From an uncultured Candidatus Binatia bacterium (lineage in GTDB: Bacteria; Desulfobacterota; Binatia; UBA9968; JAJDTQ01), in contig OZ243916.1 of NCBI GenBank assembly GCA_965213675.1, positions 1,088,001-1,152,000 of the forward strand: DNA of 64,000 bases. Reading direction: 5' to 3'. The notes beneath the pieces are model-generated. The model was not told the origin of the DNA and did not search any database. It saw nothing but the letters and a program-made list of their open reading frames with translations. Positions 36,617 to 46,267 of this stretch are shown piece after piece. The stretch's first letter is position 1. Each line of letters opens with the position of its first letter. The position numbers and the translations under genes were made by a program.

Positions 36617-37801
36617 ATGGAGATCAAGTTCGGGCTGATCAGCGCGGATTCCCACAGCGGCTTCGACCGCGACGCGTTCACCTCGCGCATGTCCGCGGCC
36701 AAGTGGGGCGAGCGCATTCCGCAGGTGCGGGAAGTGGAGCAGGACGGCCGCAAGGTGGACCGCTGGTGCGTCTACGGCAAGCCCCGGGGCGACCACGTGG
36801 GCAACTGCCCGGCGCTCATGGGCGAGCCCTTCCCAACCTATCCGCAACACTGGGAGGAAATGCCCGCCATGGCCTACGAACCGGCGGAGCGGCTCAAGGC
36901 GCTGGACGCCGATGGCATCGACGCCGAGGTGCTGTTTCCCAACCCGCCGGGCGGCACGTTCTTCGAGTACGGCGACCCCGACTTCGAACGGGACGTGGTG
37001 CGCGCCTACAACGATTCCCTGGCGGCATGGACCGCGGTGAGCGACCGCTACTTCCCGGTGACCATCATTCCGTTCCTGAGCGACCCCGGCGTCATCCGGC
37101 GCGAGATCGAACGGACCACCGCGGCCGGGCACCGGGGCATCAACCTTCAGGGCGAGACCCCCGGAGACCTTCCCCACCTCACCGATCCGTACTGGGATCC
37201 CATGTGGGACGCCTGCCAGAGCCTGGACGTGCCGGTGCACTTCCACGGCTCCTGCGGCCTCCGCGCGGGCCGCTCCACGCGCTTCTGGAGCGGCTACTCG
37301 CCGCGCCAGGGCCACGCGGCCATGACCGCCACCTCGGCGACCACGCCGGCGCAGATCATTCCGCACCTGGTCTTCAGCGGAGTCACCGAACGCTTCCCGC
37401 GCCTCAAGTTCGTTTTCGCCGAGGCCGGCATCGGCGGCCTCAACTACGTGCTCGCCGCCTGCGACCACGAGTGGGAAACGCGCCACCTGTGGACCGAGGG
37501 ATTGAGCACGCGCCCGAGCGAGGTCGTGCGGCGGCAGATGTTCACCAACTTCTGGTTCGAGAACGAAGGCATCAAGCTGCGCCACGACATCGGCATCGAC
37601 AACCTCATGTGGGAATCGGACTTTCCCCACGTCACCGCCTTCTATCCGCGTTCCTGGGAGGCGGTGGAAGACGTGCTCGAAGGGGTTTCCGCGGAAGACC
37701 GCCGGAAGCTGCTCTACGAGAACGCCGTGCGCGTGTACCGCATGGACGCGGTGATGCGCGTGGCCGAACGCGACGCCGAACCCGTGGAAGCGCGCGCATG
37801 A
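36617..37801 (+). CDS. Amidohydrolase family 2 protein
   Basis: ISADSH, PVHFH, ERFPRLK..AE, MWESDFPH. Confidence 0.93.
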   Translation: MEIKFGLISADSHSGFDRDAFTSRMSAAKWGERIPQVREVEQDGRKVDRWCVYGKPRGDHVGNCPALMGEPFPTYPQHWEEMPAMAYEPAERLKALDADGIDAEVLFPNPPGGTFFEYGDPDFERDVVRAYNDSLAAWTAVSDRYFPVTIIPFLSDPGVIRREIERTTAAGHRGINLQGETPGDLPHLTDPYWDPMWDACQSLDVPVHFHGSCGLRAGRSTRFWSGYSPRQGHAAMTATSATTPAQIIPHLVFSGVTERFPRLKFVFAEAGIGGLNYVLAACDHEWETRHLWTEGLSTRPSEVVRRQMFTNFWFENEGIKLRHDIGIDNLMWESDFPHVTAFYPRSWEAVEDVLEGVSAEDRRKLLYENAVRVYRMDAVMRVAERDAEPVEARA

Positions 37802-38946
37802 GCCCGAGCCTCGGTTTCATCAGCGTCGACGACCACGTTCAGGAACCGCCCGACCTGTGGACGCGCCGGCTCCCCCGGAGCCGCTTCGGGGACCGCATAC
37901 CCCACCTGGAGCGCGGGGAGGACGGCGCCGAGCGCTGGATGGCGGACGGCCGGCCGCTCCTGGGCGCCAAGGTGGCGTCGGCCGGGGCGCTCATGCCCGA
38001 CCGGACCCGCGAGCCCCGATGCTGGGACGAGGTGCCCGCCGCGGCCTGGTCCCCCGGCGAGCGCCTCAAGGCCATGGACGCCGCGGGCGTGGCCTGTTCC
38101 GTGCTCTTCCCCACCGTCGCCGGCATGGCCGGCGAAGCCTTCGGACGCTTGGACGACCTTGAGTTGGAGATCGCCTGCGTACGCGCCTGGAATGACTGGC
38201 TGCTGGAGGAGTGGGCTTCGGCCAGTCCGCGCTTCATTCCCCAGTGCATCGTGCCCATCTGGCCGCCGGAGGCCGCGGCCGCGGAGATGCAGCGGGCCGT
38301 GGCCGCGGGACACCGCGGTATCGTCTTCCCCGCCCTGCCCATGCACCTGCGGGACGTGCCCCACGTAAGCGACCCGGAATACGACCCCGTGTGGAGCGCG
38401 TGCGAGGAGATGGGCGTACCGGTGTCGCTCCACGCCGGGGCGTCGCCGCAGTTGCTCTACCCGGCCTTCTCCGGGCTCGCCCCGGCGCTGTCCGAGGCCG
38501 TGGACGCGGTGACGCGGCCCATGTCCAGCGTTTACGTGCTTTCGCTCCTGTCCTTCTCGCGGGTGCTGCTGCGCCATCCCCGCCTGCGCCTGGTGTTTGC
38601 GGAAAGCGCCCTGAGCTGGGCCATGCTGTATCTGGAATGGGCCGACCATCAGTTCGAGCACGACGGCCTGGCGCGCGAAGGCTACGACCTCAAGCCCTCG
38701 GAAATGTTCCAGCGCCAGTGTTACCTGAGCGCGTGGTTCGACGAGATCGCGCCGTTCGTGGATTACCTTGGTGAAGACCGCATCCTGTGGTCCACCAACC
38801 TGCCCCTGACCACATCCACTTGGCCGCGCACACGCGAGACCGTGGAGCGCTGCTTCCGGGGCGTTGCCGGCAGCGCACGCGAGAAGATCCTGTGGGGCAA
38901 CGCCGCCGGGCTCTACGACATCGAGCCGGCGGTTCGAGGGGTTTGA
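37798..38946 (+). CDS. Amidohydrolase family 2 protein with degenerate strand-8 motif
   Basis: ATGA overlap with upstream gene; ISVDDH, PVSLH, RHPRLR..AE, LWSTNLP. Confidence 0.88.
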   Translation: MSPSLGFISVDDHVQEPPDLWTRRLPRSRFGDRIPHLERGEDGAERWMADGRPLLGAKVASAGALMPDRTREPRCWDEVPAAAWSPGERLKAMDAAGVACSVLFPTVAGMAGEAFGRLDDLELEIACVRAWNDWLLEEWASASPRFIPQCIVPIWPPEAAAAEMQRAVAAGHRGIVFPALPMHLRDVPHVSDPEYDPVWSACEEMGVPVSLHAGASPQLLYPAFSGLAPALSEAVDAVTRPMSSVYVLSLLSFSRVLLRHPRLRLVFAESALSWAMLYLEWADHQFEHDGLAREGYDLKPSEMFQRQCYLSAWFDEIAPFVDYLGEDRILWSTNLPLTTSTWPRTRETVERCFRGVAGSAREKILWGNAAGLYDIEPAVRGV

Positions 38947-39010
38947 AGCCCACGCCCTGTTGGGAGTATAGAAGTCCGAGGATCACCAGCTTCAGTCAAG
39001 GAGGTGTGTC

Positions 39011-39970
39011 ATGTTGACCGCAAAGGACCTGGGCGGAGTCATGGGCATGATGCCCGCGTTCGCCACCGACGACGCCACCGACATCAACGCCACACAGACC
39101 GTCGCCGTGGACAACCTGGCCGAGGGGGTAGACCGGATCATCAAGGACGGCATTGACGTCATATCCACCACCGGCACCTACGGCGAGTGCTACAACCTCT
39201 TGTGGGAAGAATTCGAGACCATCACCACCGCGGCGGTGGACGCGGTCCGCAAGCGCGTGCCCCTGTTCATCGGTGTCACCAGCCCCAACCCGCGGGAGGT
39301 CGTGCGCAAGATGAACCTGGTCAAGGACACCGGCGCCGATGGCGTGCTTCTGGGCGTTCCCTACTACGAGACGCTGCCGGTGAACGATGCGGTCCGCTTC
39401 TTCCATGACATCGCCGACCTGTTCCCCACCCTCAACATCCTGATCTACCACAACCCCGGCAACCACAAGTTCACCCTGCCGGTGGGGGCGTTCAAGGAAC
39501 TGGTAAAGAAGCCCAACATCATCGGCATGAAGGACAGCCACCGCACCACCAACGCGTTCATGAACCTGCAGCGCATCACCCAGGGCCGCATCAGCGTGTT
39601 CGTGAACCAGACCCAGTTCCACCCCTACTACGGCATGGGCGCCGCGGGCTGCTGGTCCACCGAGGTGTGGATGGGGCCGTGGCCGATCCTGCACCTGCGC
39701 AACCTGGTGCGCCAAGGCGAAATCGAGAAGGCGTGCGAGGTCATCGCCGACGTCATGACCAACGCCCAGGGCAAGCCCGTTCCCGGCGAAGGCTTCAAGC
39801 GCCCGGCCGAGTACGCGGACTACTGCAAGGTGGGGCCCACGCGGGTGCCGTTCCTCAACTTCCCCGACGTCCAGATCGAGCGCGCCAAGAAGCGCGCCGC
39901 CCACTGGATGGCGATGAACGAGCGTTATCGTCCGTTGGTGGAAGCGGAGAACGGCCGCAGCGCCGCCTAG
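39011..39970 (+). CDS. NahE-like hydratase-aldolase (DHDPS superfamily)
   Basis: LTAKDLGGV, GTYGEC..LLWEE, IYHN, GMKDS, MGPWP; AAGGAGG RBS. Confidence 0.85.
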   Translation: MLTAKDLGGVMGMMPAFATDDATDINATQTVAVDNLAEGVDRIIKDGIDVISTTGTYGECYNLLWEEFETITTAAVDAVRKRVPLFIGVTSPNPREVVRKMNLVKDTGADGVLLGVPYYETLPVNDAVRFFHDIADLFPTLNILIYHNPGNHKFTLPVGAFKELVKKPNIIGMKDSHRTTNAFMNLQRITQGRISVFVNQTQFHPYYGMGAAGCWSTEVWMGPWPILHLRNLVRQGEIEKACEVIADVMTNAQGKPVPGEGFKRPAEYADYCKVGPTRVPFLNFPDVQIERAKKRAAHWMAMNERYRPLVEAENGRSAA

Positions 39971-39977
39971 ACAATCC

Positions 39978-40026
39978 TGGAGCTTGCCGGACTTGCCGGG
40001 ATACGACACCAGTCCGGCAGGCTCCA
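39978..40026. repeat. Short family B hairpin (GGAGC..CAGGCTCC ends)
   Basis: TGGAGCTTGCCGGACT / AGTCCGGCAGGCTCCA. Confidence 0.65.
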
Positions 40027-40166
40027 AACCTGCCATTGAGCCCGCATCGACCCTCTTCAACAGACTCCCCGGCGGCTCATCTTCCCGAACCGAAGTGTCG
40101 GGCGGTCTGCAATCGAAAGCCCGTTCGTCACCGAGCCCGCGACCGCCGACCAGCAGCACCTGAGCC

Positions 40167-40634
40167 ATGGCCAACGAACCCAAGATCCGCCCGGCCCGAC
40201 TGTCGGACATTCCGGCCATCGAGTCCGTGGCCGAGGACGCCGCTCTCTTTCCTGCCGAAATGCTGGACGGCATGATCGCCGGTTATCTCCAGAAGACCAC
40301 GCGAGACATCTGGTTCGTCTCGGAGCAGGAAGATCGCGTCGTGGGCTTCGGCTTCTGCGAGCCCGAGCGCATGACGAGCGGAACCTGGAACCTCCTCGCC
40401 ATCGGCATCCTCGCCAAGTATCGGGGGCGCGGCATCGGTGGGACGATGATGCGACACCTGGAGGACCGGCTCCGGTCAGAAGGTGCGCGCGTTCTCATCG
40501 TCGAGACCATGGGAACGCCGGCCTTCGGGCGGACCCGTGCCTTCTACCAAGCCAACGGCTACACCGAGGAGGCGCGCATCCGGGAGTTCTACGAACCCGG
40601 CGGAGACAAGGTCATCTTCTGGAAGCACCTCTGA
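40167..40634 (+). CDS. GNAT family N-acetyltransferase
   Basis: YRGRGIG motif A, FYQANGY. Confidence 0.92.
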   Translation: MANEPKIRPARLSDIPAIESVAEDAALFPAEMLDGMIAGYLQKTTRDIWFVSEQEDRVVGFGFCEPERMTSGTWNLLAIGILAKYRGRGIGGTMMRHLEDRLRSEGARVLIVETMGTPAFGRTRAFYQANGYTEEARIREFYEPGGDKVIFWKHL

Positions 40635-40677
40635 GCGGCGGGTCGGGTCGATGTCCGTCTGTCGGGAGGAAGAGATC

Positions 40678-40932
40678 ATGGGCCACCTGCCACCCTACGG
40701 GGCCATCGAGACCCCAATGGCGTCCAGCGAGCTGACCGGCGCGGACATTTCCTGCGGGATCACCGACGTGCTCTTGGGCCGGAAGCCCGGCAGAGAGGCC
40801 CCGCAAGACGTGCTCGCCTACCTGAAGCGCGGTTGCGGCATCTACGACATCGTGGTGGCGTCCTACTTCCACCGCAAGGCCGAGGAACAAGGCATCGGCA
40901 CGGTGCCGCCCGTCCAACGGCCTGCCAATTGA
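40678..40932 (+). pseudogene. C-terminal remnant of an ornithine cyclodeaminase-family gene
   Basis: ITDVLLGRKPGR..KRGCGIYDIVVA..AEEQGIGT matches the OCD C-terminal pattern; N-terminal part missing. Confidence 0.62.
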
Positions 40933-40964
40933 CCGGCCAGGACACGAAGCCGGTACCCTGAGCG

Positions 40965-42179
40965 ATGATGCGGAAGCCCACGTCCTCCCGCGGCGCACTC
41001 GTCCATCGCGGCTTCCGCTCGCTGTGTCTGGCCATTCTGGCCACGTCCTTCGGCTTCTATATCCAGCGAACCATCGAACTGTGGCTCATCTACGAGCTGA
41101 CCGGCTCGGCCCTGCACCTGGGCCTCACCGGACTGGTGCGGGCGATTCCCGTCTTTGTTCTCTCGCCGTTCGGGGGCGTCCTCGCCGACCGCATCGACCG
41201 CCGCCGGTTCGTGATCCTGGTGCAGGCCGGCAACGGCGTCGTCAATGCCGTGGTGGCGTTCCTGGCCATCACGGGGCTGATCGAGGTCTGGCACATCTAT
41301 TTCTCGGGCTTCATGAACGCATCGTTGAACGCCCTCGGCGCGCCCGCCCGCAATGCCATGGTGCCAGGCCTGGTGCCGCGGGAGACCCTTCTCAACGCCC
41401 TTTCGTACACGGCCATGAGCCGGAAGATGTCCCAGCTCACAGGGCCGGTCCTCACCGGCTTTCTCATCGCCGGGCTCGGCTCCGGTCCGACCTATGCGCT
41501 CAACGGCTGCGTGTACTTTTCCGCTGCGTTCCTGGTGGCGGCGATTCACTACGTGTCGGACACATCCGGCGTTCGCGAATCGCCCCTTCGAAGCCTGCAG
41601 GAAGGTTTCGGATTCGTTCGCCGGGAAGCCGTGGTGTGGGTCTTTCTCGCTCTGGAGCTCGTCACCGTCTACATCGGGAGCTATCGCGCCCTGCTGCCGA
41701 TCTTCGTGACCGCCCTGGGCGCCGGCGCCGAAGCCTTCGGCCTCCTGCTGTCCTCGGGCGCCGGCGGCGCCATCCTTGGCGTCGCCGTGATCCTGTCCCT
41801 GGGCAACCTGCGCTACAAGGGGCTCTGGGTGGCCTTCAGTCTGTTCGCCTATGCCGCCGCGCTCGTGGTGCTGGCGCTGTCGGGCTGGTTCCTGCTGGCC
41901 ATGGCCGCGGTGTTCGTGCTCGGCATGTTCGAAGCCGTGCAGATGGTGCTGTGCAACGCCATCGTTCAGACCGCCACACCCGACCGGCTGAGAGGACGGG
42001 TCCTGAGCTTCCAGCGCATGATGGGCGTGGGCGGCACGAGCATGGGCGAGGCCCAGTCCGGCTTCGCCGCCGCGTTCCTGGGCGCTCCCCTGACCCTGAT
42101 CGCGGGCGCCGCCATCGGCGCCGTGACCACGCTGGGCCTCGCGGCCTTCAAGCGGGAGGTCCGCAAGGCGGATCTGTGA
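40965..42179 (+). CDS. MFS transporter (EntS/DHA3-like)
   Basis: GVLADRIDRR, PARNAMVP, PDRLRGRV. Confidence 0.92.
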   Translation: MMRKPTSSRGALVHRGFRSLCLAILATSFGFYIQRTIELWLIYELTGSALHLGLTGLVRAIPVFVLSPFGGVLADRIDRRRFVILVQAGNGVVNAVVAFLAITGLIEVWHIYFSGFMNASLNALGAPARNAMVPGLVPRETLLNALSYTAMSRKMSQLTGPVLTGFLIAGLGSGPTYALNGCVYFSAAFLVAAIHYVSDTSGVRESPLRSLQEGFGFVRREAVVWVFLALELVTVYIGSYRALLPIFVTALGAGAEAFGLLLSSGAGGAILGVAVILSLGNLRYKGLWVAFSLFAYAAALVVLALSGWFLLAMAAVFVLGMFEAVQMVLCNAIVQTATPDRLRGRVLSFQRMMGVGGTSMGEAQSGFAAAFLGAPLTLIAGAAIGAVTTLGLAAFKREVRKADL

Positions 42180-42250
42180 GCGGCGCGGGATCAGCCGGGA
42201 ATTCCCACCAGCATCCCGTCAACGCAACGTACCGGCGGGAACGGACCGGG

Positions 42251-42913
42251 CTAACGCCGGCGCTGGTCAGTCCCGCCACGCCGTTCAGCCCGGTCGTTGC
42301 GGTGTCGGCGGTCATGCCGGCGGAACCTGTCATGGTGATGCGGCCGGCCACGCCGGTGCAGGCGGTCGTGGCGGTCGAAACGACCATGGCGGTGAAGGCG
42401 GTGAGGCCGGTGGTGCCGATGGAACCGGCGCGGCCGGTCGCGACCCCATTCGTAGAACAGGTGGACCGCCAACGGCCAGGAGTAGACCGGAGGTCGAGGA
42501 TCGTGGCGGCGGTGGTCCTTGTAAACGCGCGTGTAGACCGGCTTGGGCGCGACGGGCTGGCGCCAGACTCCGGCCGCGGTGCGGCAGCGCGTGCTCCAGA
42601 CCTGTGCCTGGCGGTTGTCGATGCCGACCTCGCGCTGGAACTTGCGGCAATCCTGACCAGCCGTGTTGCGGTAGGTCCGTGTCGGGGTGACCGCGCCCCA
42701 GTGCCCGGTCTCGGCGTTCTCCCAGAATTCGGCCTCGCCGGTCCTGTTGAACTCGAGCGCGTTCTGAAGCGCCTGCTCCTGATGACGCCGGTCGGAATGG
42801 GACAGCAGCGCATCGGGCGACGGCGCGCCCGCCCAGGCCGCGCTCGTCCACAACACGAGCGCAAACGGAACCGCCAACGCGATGACAAGACGCTTCATGA
42901 GACGACGCTTCAT
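42251..42913 (-). CDS. Secreted 17-kDa surface antigen-like protein with His/Arg-rich tail
   Basis: Signal peptide; ALE..WENAETGHWGAVTP..CRKF..CR..GVW. Confidence 0.75.
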   Translation of the reverse strand: MKRRLMKRLVIALAVPFALVLWTSAAWAGAPSPDALLSHSDRRHQEQALQNALEFNRTGEAEFWENAETGHWGAVTPTRTYRNTAGQDCRKFQREVGIDNRQAQVWSTRCRTAAGVWRQPVAPKPVYTRVYKDHRRHDPRPPVYSWPLAVHLFYEWGRDRPRRFHRHHRPHRLHRHGRFDRHDRLHRRGRPHHHDRFRRHDRRHRNDRAERRGGTDQRRR

Positions 42914-43020
42914 GAGATCACCCCCATGCAGTGAGTGTGCCGTGCCTGCCTGCAAACTGCCTTCAAGTGTACTCCCCGGAGGGCGGCGCCACAATCCGCC
43001 CGCATGAATTTACCGGCGCG

Positions 43021-43041
43021 AATTTACCGGACACGACACTA
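43021..43041. repeat. Solo terminal repeat of family A
   Basis: AATTTACCGGACACGACACTA; one mismatch to the right end of copy 1. Confidence 0.7.
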
Positions 43042-43287
43042 ACGTCCCTCGCGCTCCATCGCCGCCAGCCGTTGCCGCGCCTTGGCCGCGAACGGGCTGT
43101 CGGGGTGGTCGCGCAGGATGCGGTTGTAGAGTTTGCGCGCGTGCTCCTTGTTGTTCTGCACTTCCTCGAACTGTGCGGTCCCGAACATCTCCTCCGCCCG
43201 GTCGCCGCAGCCCGCCAATGGCAGCGCCAGAATCAGGACCATCAGCACACCGAGACAGACCCTGCGAATCGGTTCGTACGTCGTCAT
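43039..43287 (-). CDS. Small lipoprotein with TPR-like helices
   Basis: Lipobox LAGC; ARKLYNRILRDHPDSPFAAKA. Confidence 0.75.
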   Translation of the reverse strand: MTTYEPIRRVCLGVLMVLILALPLAGCGDRAEEMFGTAQFEEVQNNKEHARKLYNRILRDHPDSPFAAKARQRLAAMEREGR

Positions 43288-43411
43288 CGTTTCACCCCGC
43301 GTGTGTTGCCCAATTGCCCAAATTCCAATTTGACAGGAACCCGCGACTGTGGCGAACTGAACGCCGCATCGTGCTCCATCGAAAACGCCCCTGAGCCGGG
43401 AGGGACAGTCC

Positions 43412-44485
43412 ATGCCGATCATCGACGCAGACGCCCACGTGGTGGAAATCGACGAGACCTGGGAATACCTCGAACCCTCCGAGCGGGAGTACAAGCCCGG
43501 CGTGGTCTACGAGAGGCTGGAGAACGGCGAGACCCTCAAGTACTGGGTCATCGGCGGCCACAAGGTGGGGACGCCCTGGCCCGGCGGCGGCGCGCGCAGC
43601 GACGCCATCACCGGCACATTCATCGGCAACGTGTCCCTGGACCTCAAGGCCAAGTACATGCTCGATGTGGACGCCCGGGTGGCGCACATGGACGAGCTGG
43701 GCACCGACCTGCAAGTGCTCTTCCCCACCCTGTGGGTCCATCCGCTCACGGATCGGCCGGCGCTGGAGAACGCCCTGTGCTGGAGCTACAACCGCTGGCT
43801 GGCGGACATCCACTCCCGCGGCCGCGGACGCTTCCGCTGGGCCTGTGTGGCGTCGCTGAGCGACATCCCGGAGGGGCGGCGGCAGATGCGTTTCGCCCGC
43901 GACCATGGCGCGGTGGCGGTGAACATGTCCGGGCTGGATTACCGCAACCGGCTCATCAACGACCCCGACTTCTTCCCTCTATACGAGGAGGCCAGCGACC
44001 TCGACATGCCCGTGTGCATCCACTCGGGCACCAACAGCCCGGACATGGACCGGGTCTGGGGCAAGCCGCTGTGCGGCTACCAGCGCAACAAGTTCGTGGG
44101 CCTCGGCGCGTTCCACCTGCTCATCATGTCGAACCTGCCCGACCGCTTCCCCAAGCTCCGCTGGGGCATTATCGAGTTGAGCGCGGGCTGGCTCCCCTAC
44201 CTCGTCAACGACCTCCGGCGTCGCGTGGAACGGCGCGGCGGCAAGCTCAAGGAGCGCATCCTCCACGACAACAACATCTGGGTGGCCGCCCAGATGAACG
44301 ACGACCTGGAGCACGTCATCCAGTACGTGGGCGACGACCGCTTGGTCATGGGTACCGACTACGGCCATGCCGACTCCTCCACCGAAATCCACGCACTCCA
44401 ATTGCTGCAACAACACGAATTCCTCGCCCCCGAGAGCGTCTCGCGCATCCTCTACGACAACCCGGTGGAGTTGTACGCTCTGTAG
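43412..44485 (+). CDS. Amidohydrolase family 2 protein
   Basis: IDADAH, PVCIH, DRFPKLR..IE, MGTDYGH. Confidence 0.93.
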   Translation: MPIIDADAHVVEIDETWEYLEPSEREYKPGVVYERLENGETLKYWVIGGHKVGTPWPGGGARSDAITGTFIGNVSLDLKAKYMLDVDARVAHMDELGTDLQVLFPTLWVHPLTDRPALENALCWSYNRWLADIHSRGRGRFRWACVASLSDIPEGRRQMRFARDHGAVAVNMSGLDYRNRLINDPDFFPLYEEASDLDMPVCIHSGTNSPDMDRVWGKPLCGYQRNKFVGLGAFHLLIMSNLPDRFPKLRWGIIELSAGWLPYLVNDLRRRVERRGGKLKERILHDNNIWVAAQMNDDLEHVIQYVGDDRLVMGTDYGHADSSTEIHALQLLQQHEFLAPESVSRILYDNPVELYAL

Positions 44486-44692
44486 CAGGCAATCGCCCTG
44501 AACGAGGACAGCCATTCCTTGGCGCCGGAGTTTCAAAGCTGGTACGAATCGCCGATCAAGAAAAGCAGGACGATCTTCGATGCACCTGATCAATTTGCCA
44601 AACCCAATCAACACTTCGACTTTCAGCAGGTTTTGACTTCGTCTACCAGTTGACGAAGAGTCTCCCCTTCGTTCCTTGGGTTATGGGCACTG

Positions 44693-45508
44693 TCAGGCGC
44701 CGGCTTCCTTCAGGAACTCGATGGCCTTGCGGTCGTAGGCAGCGCCCGCGTCCCACATGAGCATGTGGCAGGCCTTGTCGATGATCTCCAGGCGGAGGTC
44801 CGGCATCAATTCCGTCAGCCTGGCGCACTTTTCGGCGGCCTGGTTGCGGTCCTGCCTGCCGTAGAGCAGCAGCATGGGCGGGCGCACTTCCTTGAGCCGC
44901 TCCCACAGGCGGGGACCCTCACGCTTGGGCTCCACCGCCCGCTGGCGCTCCAGGAAGGCCTCGAGGTTCCTGCCCAGGCTCAAGCCATGGCGCTTCTCCA
45001 GCACCTCCGGCGTGATCAGCTCCTTGTGGTAGAGGTTCGACTCCAGGAGCTTGCGGCTGTCCTCCAGTGTGGGCGGCGCGTCCGTGGACTCGCTGCTGGC
45101 GTGGGCTGGCGGCGGAAAGCCCGGGAGTCCCTGCAACAGGCTGCCGCTGCACACCACGACCACCCGGGTCACCCGCTCGGGGTGGTCGAGCGCCGTCTGC
45201 ACCACGATGCCGCCGGCCTGGGAGTGACCGATGAGCACGGCCTCCCCGGCGCCGATGGCGCTCATGAACCGCGGCAGGAACCCTACCCGGTAGGCCAGGG
45301 TGTGATCCTCGGGAACGTCGGACAGGCCGAAGCCCGGCTGGTCGTACGCCACGGCACGAAAGCCGGCATCGGCCAACGGCCCCAAGTGGCGCTCGAACAC
45401 ATCCGCGGACGATCCCAGCGACGCGCCGTGCAGCATGATCACCGGCATCCCCGCCCCCTCCTCCAGATACCGAATCCTGAGACCGTCTACAGTGATTTCA
45501 CGTTCCAT
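44693..45508 (-). CDS. Alpha/beta hydrolase (meta-cleavage hydrolase-like fold)
   Basis: LHG, DQPGFGLS, GHSQAG, GRQD, ACH. Confidence 0.9.
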   Translation of the reverse strand: MEREITVDGLRIRYLEEGAGMPVIMLHGASLGSSADVFERHLGPLADAGFRAVAYDQPGFGLSDVPEDHTLAYRVGFLPRFMSAIGAGEAVLIGHSQAGGIVVQTALDHPERVTRVVVVCSGSLLQGLPGFPPPAHASSESTDAPPTLEDSRKLLESNLYHKELITPEVLEKRHGLSLGRNLEAFLERQRAVEPKREGPRLWERLKEVRPPMLLLYGRQDRNQAAEKCARLTELMPDLRLEIIDKACHMLMWDAGAAYDRKAIEFLKEAGA

Positions 45509-46041
45509 GGTCAAATCCTCCATCTTGAAATCGGGCCAACGAACATCTCGCCATGCGCATTTCGGGAGCGTGTACGAGCGTGTACCATACTTGCGCCGGC
45601 GCCGGCGACCGCCTCGCTTCCGCGCCCCTCGAAGCCGCCCGCAATTTTAGGGTTGCAACCGTTTCCGCATAAGAGGTACCCTTACATCATAGCGGTAGCG
45701 TATCCAGGAGTCTTTCCCTGTAAGGGCGACGGCCACTCCCCCCTACAGGGATTCCATTCCACGCGGCTGTTTCGCGGCCACTCGGACAGGCTTCTGGTCG
45801 ATGCCGGTGCGAACGGTGTAAAGAACCGCGTGAAGTTTTCAGAATGTGACAAATGTCCGGAATGTGACAGATTGGGAGCGCGATCATGATGAATCTACTG
45901 CATGCCTTGGTCAGGGAATGGAACACCTTGTGTGAACGAGGCTCAAGGTTCGAGGCTGCATGTAGACGCCGGGCGGGCGAAGAAATATTGTCCGAGGGGT
46001 TGACAAATAGAGAAAATACTCATTCCATAGCCGTCGATTGA

Positions 46042-46108
46042 GTCGAGCCGTCGAGCCGTCGAGCCGTCGAGCCGTCGAGCCGTCGAGCCGTCGAGCCGTC
46101 GAGCCGTC
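46042..46108. repeat. Tandem repeat (GTCGAGCC)x8
   Basis: Eight perfect 8-bp units plus a partial unit. Confidence 0.97.
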
Positions 46109-46267
46109 CTTCCTGGGTCTTCGTGGTGGCGCCGCCTGAGGCGAGCAGCCTCCCGAGCTGAATCTTCCGCATCCGCCCGCGAGCGTTCCAATACCCGCAG
46201 GCCCGCCGCTTCCTCCAACCGCTTCGACGCCTCTGCCGCCCGCACCGCCGCGGGTGGACGTACTGCC

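Noticed and set aside
46042-46108. CRISPR array or coding repeat on the minus strand
   Set aside because: Spacer-less 8-bp microsatellite; the minus-strand ORFs are low-complexity artefacts
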